A stretch of DNA of 24,000 nucleotides. Origin: Lyticum sinuosum (GTDB lineage Bacteria; Pseudomonadota; Alphaproteobacteria; Rickettsiales; Midichloriaceae). A program made the position numbers and the translations under genes. This document shows positions 14,768-21,957 of the stretch, piece after piece (position 1 is the first letter of the stretch; every line of letters begins with the position of its first letter). Below the pieces are notes generated by a model, which was not told the origin of the DNA, searched no databases, and saw only the letters and a program-made list of their open reading frames with translations. The DNA lies in contig NZ_JARGYU010000002.1 of the NCBI RefSeq assembly GCF_034471385.1, forward strand, positions 163,793 through 187,792. The letters run 5' to 3'.

Positions 14768-16100
14768 AAACACTAAGAGTTGTAATAGATGGAATATAAA
14801 AACTATAAGTTGGATTTGGCATTTTTATAGTTGCACCAACAATTGGAATAATTATACCGCTTCCCCAAACAGAAAAACCTATTAGCATTAATTCTATAAT
14901 ATCAAGATCATACAAAGAAATAAACATTGCTATTGATCCTATAATTATAGTGAACAAACGCATTAAAATTAAGCTTCTTATATCATTTTCATTTATTTTT
15001 TCTTTTGTGTTTATTTGATGATTTTCATTTATTTCATCATTTGTTCCATGATTATTATATTTTTTAATTTTATTTCTATGAATAATATTACGAACTAATA
15101 ATATACTTGCAGCATTAAGTGCAGAATCTGCTGTTGATATACTTGCAGATAGTACAGCAATAATAAAAAGACCACGTAATCCTATTGGTAAAGATTCTTT
15201 AATAACTGCTGATATTATATTCTTACTATTAATATCAGGGAATAGATATGATGAACATAATCCAGTTATAGTAATTGCTATAGAAAAGCATATTCTAACA
15301 AAAAACATTATATTATACATTGATTTTATATTATTTTTGTTTTTTGTCATTAAAAACCTTTGTATAACAGATGGTTGTAACCATAAAAATGGTAACCAGC
15401 TACAAAAAAACAAAAAACTATACTCTTTAAATTTAGAATGTGTAAGAATAGCAAGTTTTTGAGGATTTGTATTAATAATGACATTACTAATGCCACCACA
15501 TTTATTAACTAACCACATTGCTATTATAGGTATAACGCTAAGAATAATCGCAGATTGTACTATAGATATCATAGCAATAGATTTTACACCACCAATGCTG
15601 ACATATATAATTATTAACAATGATGATAATATAACTATTTTATCATAGCTATTTTCAAAAAAATTACTAAAAAGATGACCAACAGCAGTTAATTGACCTC
15701 CAATTGATGTAGAACTTATTAAAATTCCAAATATTGCTGTAATTTGTTCTGCTTTTCTTCCATAAAAGTAACGAGATAAATCTCCAGCTGATATCATATT
15801 ATCAAATCTACTATCAAAAAATTTATCTGCAAAAAAATGAACATAAGCTGTCATAGACAATGCACTAGTCATACTGACTATAAATATTATACCATCACTT
15901 GAGACTTTAGCTGCATCTCCAACAATTGATCCAGCTCCAAAAACAGTTGCAATTAAAGTTAATGAAAGAACAATTTTATTAGATTTTTTATTTGCAACTG
16001 TATAATCTAAAATAGTTTTTGTATTTTTACCATAATACAATCCTATAAAAAAAATACTTATTATATATGATATTATTATTAATAAGTCTAAATTTATCAT
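14631..16100 (-). CDS. sodium:solute symporter (SSF) family transporter
   Basis: 489-aa polytopic membrane protein. The N-terminal pattern (FFIGLYYGKNTKTILDYTVANKK, LIATVFGAGSIVG) and overall topology are typical of SSF (PutP/PanF-like) carriers. It carries a hydrophilic insertion, HRNKIKKYNNHGTNDEINENHQINTKEKINENDIRS (nt 14973-15080). The substrate is not inferable. Confidence 0.8.
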   Translation of the reverse strand: MINLDLLIIISYIISIFFIGLYYGKNTKTILDYTVANKKSNKIVLSLTLIATVFGAGSIVGDAAKVSSDGIIFIVSMTSALSMTAYVHFFADKFFDSRFDNMISAGDLSRYFYGRKAEQITAIFGILISSTSIGGQLTAVGHLFSNFFENSYDKIVILSSLLIIIYVSIGGVKSIAMISIVQSAIILSVIPIIAMWLVNKCGGISNVIINTNPQKLAILTHSKFKEYSFLFFCSWLPFLWLQPSVIQRFLMTKNKNNIKSMYNIMFFVRICFSIAITITGLCSSYLFPDINSKNIISAVIKESLPIGLRGLFIIAVLSASISTADSALNAASILLVRNIIHRNKIKKYNNHGTNDEINENHQINTKEKINENDIRSLILMRLFTIIIGSIAMFISLYDLDIIELMLIGFSVWGSGIIIPIVGATIKMPNPTYSFYIPSITTLSVCILSQLIGIRGFYIPSYTVISGLISYILCIFYYKISNSIKKNKFN

Positions 16101-16130
16101 TATAATATAATAAAATCTAATATAATTTTC

Positions 16131-16718
16131 TTATTTTTTTTTCATAATAATATTTTTTCTTCCATTTTGATACATTTCTTCAAAATTTATTATATTTAAT
16201 ATAACTGGTGGATATCCAGATTTACTACTTAAATCAATGATAATATCTCTCAGAGATGGAAAAAGTATTTTTGGACATTCAACGAAAAGTGTACGTTCTG
16301 CTAATTCATTTCCACTAATATCATCAGGATTTAATCCTTGTATTGTGAATAATCCACTATATTTAATATCAATAATAAATACTATATCTTTACTGTTTCC
16401 TAGAATATTATCTTTGTTATCTTTATTATCTTGTTTATTATAATAATTATCTTCTTTATTATTGTGTTCATTAACATTAAATGCTTTGATTTCAGCACGT
16501 ATAGTATTTTCATATATATAATTATGGATATGTTTTATATCTATACTGATACCAACTCCTATTTCTGGCTTTTCACTAGCAAAAAATGAAAATGGAGAAT
16601 TCGGATTTTCAACAGATAAATCTTTTATATATTGAGCATCAGATTTAAAATCGAGATAATCACTCCCTTTAATAATATTCACACTTTCAATAATTTTTTC
16701 TTTATTTTTTTTTGTCAT
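16131..16718 (-). CDS. secB: protein-export chaperone SecB
   Basis: YIKDLSVENPNSP near the N-terminus, then GLFTIQGL, FVECPKILFPSLRDIIIDLSSKSGYPPVILNIINFEEMY, align by eye with the SecB core. An Asn/Asp/Lys-rich insertion lies at nt 16386-16478. Confidence 0.9.
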   Translation of the reverse strand: MTKKNKEKIIESVNIIKGSDYLDFKSDAQYIKDLSVENPNSPFSFFASEKPEIGVGISIDIKHIHNYIYENTIRAEIKAFNVNEHNNKEDNYYNKQDNKDNKDNILGNSKDIVFIIDIKYSGLFTIQGLNPDDISGNELAERTLFVECPKILFPSLRDIIIDLSSKSGYPPVILNIINFEEMYQNGRKNIIMKKK

Positions 16719-16817
16719 TTCAATCTGTATTTATAATGAATTAATTAATAAAAAAAATTGTTATATGCAATATAACAGTTACATGAAATAAATAGCATAA
16801 AAAATTTAGTTTGTAAG

Positions 16818-16843
16818 AAAATTATAGCATGTGCTATAATTTT
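16818..16843. promoter_or_regulatory. perfect 12-bp inverted repeat (operator-like) overlapping a TATAAT hexamer in the secB / Tim44-like divergent spacer
   Basis: The arms aaaattatagca and tgctataatttt are separated by tg. TATAAT lies at 16835-16840, with TTGTAA at 16811-16816 (18-nt spacing). Confidence 0.3.
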
Positions 16844-16931
16844 GTTGCATGATAATTACATTGTAATAGCAATTTGTTTGCTAATTTTTTCAATAAAAAT
16901 CAAATAAAAAATAAAAAAATAATAAATTTAT

Positions 16932-17633
16932 ATGATAGATTTAATAATATTATGTGTTGCTACTTTTTTCATAATTAATAAATTTATTGATGTATTAGGA
17001 AAAACAGATAGTAATGACCAAAATAGAAGAGGTACATGTGATATAAAATGGCAAAATTTTTTTAAAGTAAATGATGCACAAAATACAAATAATACATCAG
17101 AAACTTCTGAAATTAAAGATCCAGAACCTATTAACGCAGAGATAATTAGTGTACATGAGGCAAATTTACCGTATCCTATACGTAATATTATAAAAGAAAT
17201 TATGGAATTAGATAAATCATTTACTTTAGATTCTTTTATAAGAGGTGTAAATAGAGCATTTATTACTATTATAAATGCTTTTACTAATGGTGATTGTGAT
17301 ACTTTAAAAGAATTACTTGAAGATAATGTTTATCAATCTTTTAGTAATCAAATTAATAATTTTAAAATTATGCATCAGACTGTAGAACAAAAAGTTATTA
17401 ATATTAGACAAATTAATATAGATAATGCTTTTATTGACCAAGATAATAAAGATAATAAAATTAAAATTAATGTTACAATAATAAGTGATCAAATATATGT
17501 TTTACGTAATAGCGATGGTAATATTATGGATGGAAATCCAGTACAAACAGAAAGAATAACAGATACTTGGTCATTTATTAAAAGAATTGATGTAAATTCT
17601 ATAAATATTTGGAAATTAGCTAATACTAAATGA
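16932..17633 (+). CDS. Tim44-like domain membrane protein (alphaproteobacterial type)
   Basis: An N-terminal transmembrane helix (MIDLIILCVATFFIINKFI) is followed by a C-terminal domain (FIRGVNRAFITIINAFTNGDCDTLKELLEDNVYQSFSNQI and TDTWSFIK). This resembles the Tim44-like domain that sits next to secB in alphaproteobacteria. Confidence 0.75.
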   Translation: MIDLIILCVATFFIINKFIDVLGKTDSNDQNRRGTCDIKWQNFFKVNDAQNTNNTSETSEIKDPEPINAEIISVHEANLPYPIRNIIKEIMELDKSFTLDSFIRGVNRAFITIINAFTNGDCDTLKELLEDNVYQSFSNQINNFKIMHQTVEQKVINIRQINIDNAFIDQDNKDNKIKINVTIISDQIYVLRNSDGNIMDGNPVQTERITDTWSFIKRIDVNSINIWKLANTK

Positions 17634-17892
17634 TATTTTGCTAATATTAAATTTTTTTTATTATAAAATATATAATTTTTAAATTTTTTAAATATAAATA
17701 AAATTTTATAATATATATTATATATTCTGTAAATTAATATTAATATAGTTAATATAATAAAATAAAAAATATTTATATAAAATAAATTAGAATTGATTAT
17801 TTGATTCTTATGTAATAAGAAGTCATTATACAAAATAAATATTATAGTAAATAATATAAATTATTGTTTAATTTGCTGAATACCTGATTTTA

Positions 17893-18630
17893 TTGTCTAT
17901 TATGCTCACATTATCAAATATTCGCTATATTTCTCTAAAAAATGCTCCTAGAATGTTAAGTATGACAATAGGACCCAGAGCATGTTTATTAATAGCAGGA
18001 AATAATTCTGAATATAGAACAAGAATATTATTAGAAATAGCCAGGCTTAATAATTATAAAAAAGAAAAAATAAATCAACGTTTAATTGATTTGATTCCTA
18101 AGAAAAAATTACCTACAGAAATATTTTATAATAAAGTTAATGTCGATCTTTTTATTGATGAATGGAGAGATCAAGTAGGTTACCTACCAGAACATCCCAA
18201 TGGGATATGCTTTCAAAGAATGACACTTTTAGATAATTTAATATTATGGGCTAAATTATATAATGTTGAACCTGCCTTAGATCTTATTATTAACATGTGT
18301 GGTTTAGATCGCTATATAGATTATATTTATCGTGATTTAACTGTTTTAATAAGAAGAATTTCATGTATTGCTATTGGATTAATAATGCCTAATCCTACAA
18401 TATGGCTTATGGATAATCCTTTGGGTGATGTTTTTTTAGATAATATAAGAGGAACATTAAGTATAGCTCAAATTATATGTTACAAATGTAATCAAAATGG
18501 AATAGTAATACTTACTTCAACTTTAACTCAATTAAATAAATTGACTAAATTTCTAAATGATAATTCAGTTGATCCTATAATTGCTAATATGGATAATGAA
18601 TCTCCTGATATAGAATTTTATGAATTGTAA
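17893..18630 (+). CDS. ccmA: CcmA-like ABC ATPase subunit of the heme exporter, with degenerate catalytic motifs
   Basis: ABC-ATPase fold order is recognisable and the gene lies directly upstream of a CcmB-like membrane protein. The Walker A position reads GNNSEYRT, the signature position reads LTVLI, the Walker B position reads WLMDN, and the H-loop position reads LTSTL. The start is either TTG at 17893 or ATG at 17902. Confidence 0.65.
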   Translation: MSIMLTLSNIRYISLKNAPRMLSMTIGPRACLLIAGNNSEYRTRILLEIARLNNYKKEKINQRLIDLIPKKKLPTEIFYNKVNVDLFIDEWRDQVGYLPEHPNGICFQRMTLLDNLILWAKLYNVEPALDLIINMCGLDRYIDYIYRDLTVLIRRISCIAIGLIMPNPTIWLMDNPLGDVFLDNIRGTLSIAQIICYKCNQNGIVILTSTLTQLNKLTKFLNDNSVDPIIANMDNESPDIEFYEL

Positions 18631-18723
18631 AATATTAATAAATAATTAAATTAATATTAAATTAATATTAAATAATATAGAAATTTTAATAAAATAATAA
18701 AAAATAATAAAATAATAAGAATC

Positions 18724-19440
18724 GTGAATAATGTTTTAAATCGCAGGACAACTTTTACATCACAGTTTCAAGCAATGCTTTTTTTCTATAAAAGATTTAT
18801 TATTGCTAAATCTCCTTGGATAGATATATTTGCAAAGCAGATATTATGGATAGTTTTTTGTTTTATATTAAGAAAAATGCCAGATCCTCCAAAATTTATA
18901 TTAAATCATTATTTTATTGTTAATATTATATTATTTGTTACTAATTTCTATTTTATGATACCTATGAGGATATATAGATTCATGAATTATAACTTTCATA
19001 TGCAATTAACTTTATCAAATACAAAACTTAAATACTTTTTAACAATGCGATTAGGTTTTAATTTTATTCTTTTTATACTTATTAATTTATTTTCTATTCC
19101 TGCAGCTATTTATTTTTCTAAATTATCAGATAATTTATGGCTAGTATCAATAATAAATGCTATGATGGTATCTGGTTTTCTTATAGTTATTTTTGATCTT
19201 ATAGATCTTTTCTCATTTATAAAAATTAAACCTCCATTGTGGTTTTTAGTGGATCATTTTGCAATTGCGATTTTTCTTATAATATTTTTTGTAATAATAA
19301 TTCAATTGGATGGTTTATATTATAATATTAATTTAAGTCTAATATTTTTATTTTTAAGTATCATTTCTATAGTAACAGAAATGAAATTATTAGATAATAT
19401 GCAATTTAAAGATATTATAGAAGTAAATTACTTTCTTTAA
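18724..19440 (+). CDS. ccmB: probable heme exporter membrane protein CcmB (highly divergent)
   Basis: A polytopic hydrophobic protein of about 220-238 aa immediately downstream of ccmA. The assignment rests mainly on synteny and size. The start is uncertain: GTG at 18724, or the first in-frame ATG at 18775. Confidence 0.5.
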   Translation: MNNVLNRRTTFTSQFQAMLFFYKRFIIAKSPWIDIFAKQILWIVFCFILRKMPDPPKFILNHYFIVNIILFVTNFYFMIPMRIYRFMNYNFHMQLTLSNTKLKYFLTMRLGFNFILFILINLFSIPAAIYFSKLSDNLWLVSIINAMMVSGFLIVIFDLIDLFSFIKIKPPLWFLVDHFAIAIFLIIFFVIIIQLDGLYYNINLSLIFLFLSIISIVTEMKLLDNMQFKDIIEVNYFL

Positions 19441-19457
19441 AAATTAAAAAAAATACT

Positions 19458-19612
19458 CTTAATAAATCTATAATACTACTATAATACTATCTATTTTACG
19501 ATTCTCCATTTTTTGAATACTAATATTTATATCTTATAATTTTGATAATCAATAAAACTTATAATTTTAATAATAAATGAAATTTTGATAATTCTTTATT
19601 AAAATTAATCTT
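19458..19612 (-). pseudogene. degenerate displaced copy of the flgK 3' end
   Basis: Aligns to 21968-22085, the true flgK terminus, with about 5 substitutions. It has two internal micro-duplications, 11 nt (actataatact) and about 25 nt (caataaaacttataattttaataat). The flgK reading frame is broken by stops. Confidence 0.8.
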
Positions 19613-19633
19613 AATTAATGATATAATTTTAAA

Positions 19634-20326
19634 TTAAATACCATTATCATTAATATAAGAATCATATATCATTATTAAAATATTTCCACCTGATTTTACT
19701 TCTATAATAACATTTTGACTATCTGATCTATTTAAAGCGGAGTTCATTCCAGGAAAATTTAACCAATGATTTAAATTCCATTTTAATCCTGATGTTTTGA
19801 CAAATGTTTTAACAAATCCAAAAATTGATATCTTTGATTTTATAGGTATATTAAATTCAGCTATTTCACCTTTTTTTATAATATATCCCCAAATTGGTGG
19901 ATCATAAAATGAGTAATTAAATGGGATTTTAATCATAATATTTAAATTATTAACTATATGATCAATATATCCACCATTAATTCCGAGAATAATAATATTT
20001 TTTTGAATTTTTATTTTTTTAGAATGAGAATTTATTAAAAATTCTATTACTTTTTCAAAATCTGTTTTATTTTGATTTAAATCTTTAATAATTTTTATAT
20101 TATTTAATATATCAGTGCTAAAAATGTTTGTATCTAAACTATCTAGATCACCTATGATTATATTAGGTATTATACCAGATTTATATAAAGTATTAGCTGC
20201 TCCATCTGCTGCAATAATTTTAATATTTTTAAATTCTTGATTTTGTTTTAGAAAAAAATTTCTGTCTGGTAGATTTCCATTTAGACAAATAATAATTAAA
20301 TCATTTTTATTTTTTCCTTTTTTCAT
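19634..20326 (-). CDS. thiN: thiamine pyrophosphokinase
   Basis: IIAADGAANTLYKSGIIPNIIIGDLDSL, NKTDFEKVIEF, ILGINGGYIDHIVNNLN and SGLKWNL match the TPK catalytic and thiamine-binding domain pattern. Confidence 0.8.
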   Translation of the reverse strand: MKKGKNKNDLIIICLNGNLPDRNFFLKQNQEFKNIKIIAADGAANTLYKSGIIPNIIIGDLDSLDTNIFSTDILNNIKIIKDLNQNKTDFEKVIEFLINSHSKKIKIQKNIIILGINGGYIDHIVNNLNIMIKIPFNYSFYDPPIWGYIIKKGEIAEFNIPIKSKISIFGFVKTFVKTSGLKWNLNHWLNFPGMNSALNRSDSQNVIIEVKSGGNILIMIYDSYINDNGI

Positions 20327-20442
20327 ATTCTTTTTTCATATATAAAATAAAAAATATTGAATTAAGTATATTTTTACATAAAATATAATAATTTAATTAA
20401 AATATATGATATTTTTATTTATAATATAATTTATAATGTAGA

Positions 20443-21828
20443 TTATAATATATTCTTTAAATATTCATATAACTCTTCTAATGCTAATTCTTTTTGTTCA
20501 CCAGTAATCATATTTTTAACAAAAACGATATTTTTTATTTTCTCATCATTTCTAGCTATAATCACAATTTTTACACCAATTTTATTACAATATTCTAATT
20601 GTTTTTTTAAATTAGATCTCTTCCAATAATGTTGGACTTTGAGACCACAATCTCTAATTATTTGTGCTATTTTAGAATGATATGATACCAGTAGATTATC
20701 TTCATTTATAATGCTATTTATTTCCTTATTCTCTTCCAAATGATTCTCAAACCCAATTATTATCACATCATTAATTGATACTTTATCTATCATTTGTTTA
20801 TTTATCATTTCTGGTATCAATCTAGAAATTCCAATAGACATCCCAACTCCTGGAAATTTTTCTTTGGTATGAAATGATGATACAAGGTTATCGTAACGAC
20901 CACCAGCACATATACTGCCTAGGTTTTTAAATGAATTACTTACAATTTCAAAGATTATTCCACTATAGTAGCTCAAACCCCTAGCTAATGATAAATCAAA
21001 AAAAAGTTGTGATTTTGAAATTCCTAATAATTCAACTTTATGAATAATATTATATAATTTATTATATCCTTCAATTAATTTAGAATTAAATTCTAATATC
21101 TGGCTTAAATTATTAAATACATCATATATTTGATCTTTTCCATTTGGAGAATTTTCGATATTTTTATTATAAAATAAAATATATTTTATAGCTTCTAAAT
21201 TAAAAGAACAATTTAATAATTTTAGATCATTTATTATTTGATCTTGACTTACTTTAGTTGATTTATCTAAAATTTTTATTGCATCAAAGACTATATCTTC
21301 ATTAAATCCACATAATATCATCAGTGGAATAAGAATATCTCTACTACTAAATTTGACTACAAAATCATTTAATCCTAAAGCATTAAGTGTTTTACATCCA
21401 ATTGATAAAATTTCAGCATCATATTCTTCTTCCAAATTCTGTTTTCCTATAATATCAATATCACATTGATAAAATTGTCTATATCTACCAGACTGAGCCC
21501 GTTCTCCACGCCATACTGGAGCTATATGATATCTACGATAGGGAAATATAAGTTGACCATAGTTCTGTGCCACATAACGCGCTAAAGGTACAGTCAGATC
21601 AAATCTTAAAGCTAAATTCTTTTTTTCTTCACCATTCAATCTATATAATCCGTATATCTCATGATCATTACCTTTTGAGAGTAATGTATCTATAAGTTCT
21701 ACAGCAGCTGTATCCATAGGTATAAAGCTCTCCTGTTCAAATAACAACTGTAACTTTCGTATAACATATGAAAAGATCATTTGATCTTGTGGAAGATATT
21801 CTGGGAATCCAGATATTTTTTTTATCAT
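20443..21828 (-). CDS. hisS: histidine--tRNA ligase
   Basis: GFPEYLPQD, a class II motif 2 region (RRYHIAPVWRGERAQSGRYRQFYQCDIDIIG) and a motif 3 region (AGGRYDNLVSSF, FPGVGMSIGISRL) are present. There is also a C-terminal anticodon-binding-like domain. Confidence 0.92.
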   Translation of the reverse strand: MIKKISGFPEYLPQDQMIFSYVIRKLQLLFEQESFIPMDTAAVELIDTLLSKGNDHEIYGLYRLNGEEKKNLALRFDLTVPLARYVAQNYGQLIFPYRRYHIAPVWRGERAQSGRYRQFYQCDIDIIGKQNLEEEYDAEILSIGCKTLNALGLNDFVVKFSSRDILIPLMILCGFNEDIVFDAIKILDKSTKVSQDQIINDLKLLNCSFNLEAIKYILFYNKNIENSPNGKDQIYDVFNNLSQILEFNSKLIEGYNKLYNIIHKVELLGISKSQLFFDLSLARGLSYYSGIIFEIVSNSFKNLGSICAGGRYDNLVSSFHTKEKFPGVGMSIGISRLIPEMINKQMIDKVSINDVIIIGFENHLEENKEINSIINEDNLLVSYHSKIAQIIRDCGLKVQHYWKRSNLKKQLEYCNKIGVKIVIIARNDEKIKNIVFVKNMITGEQKELALEELYEYLKNIL

Positions 21829-21957
21829 AAGGATAAATGATATAAATAAAAAGTTTAATATTTATTTTTAATATTTATTTAATAAAAATTATATTTAAAA
21901 TTTTACAGTAAAAATATTATTGTAGTGAAATAAATTAAAATAAATCTAATTTATTCT

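Noticed and set aside
16237-16443. 68-aa plus-strand ORF
   Set aside because: It is antisense within secB.
17489-17833. 114-aa minus-strand ORF (Ile/Asn/Tyr/Phe-rich)
   Set aside because: It overlaps the 3' end of the Tim44-like CDS and otherwise runs through an extremely AT-rich spacer. Its composition looks like translated A/T noise, and it has no motif or plausible start context.
20318-20342. An alternative upstream start for thiN in the duplicated ttttttcatat motif
   Set aside because: The upstream ATG is 13 nt away, so it is out of frame, and it terminates after 10 codons.
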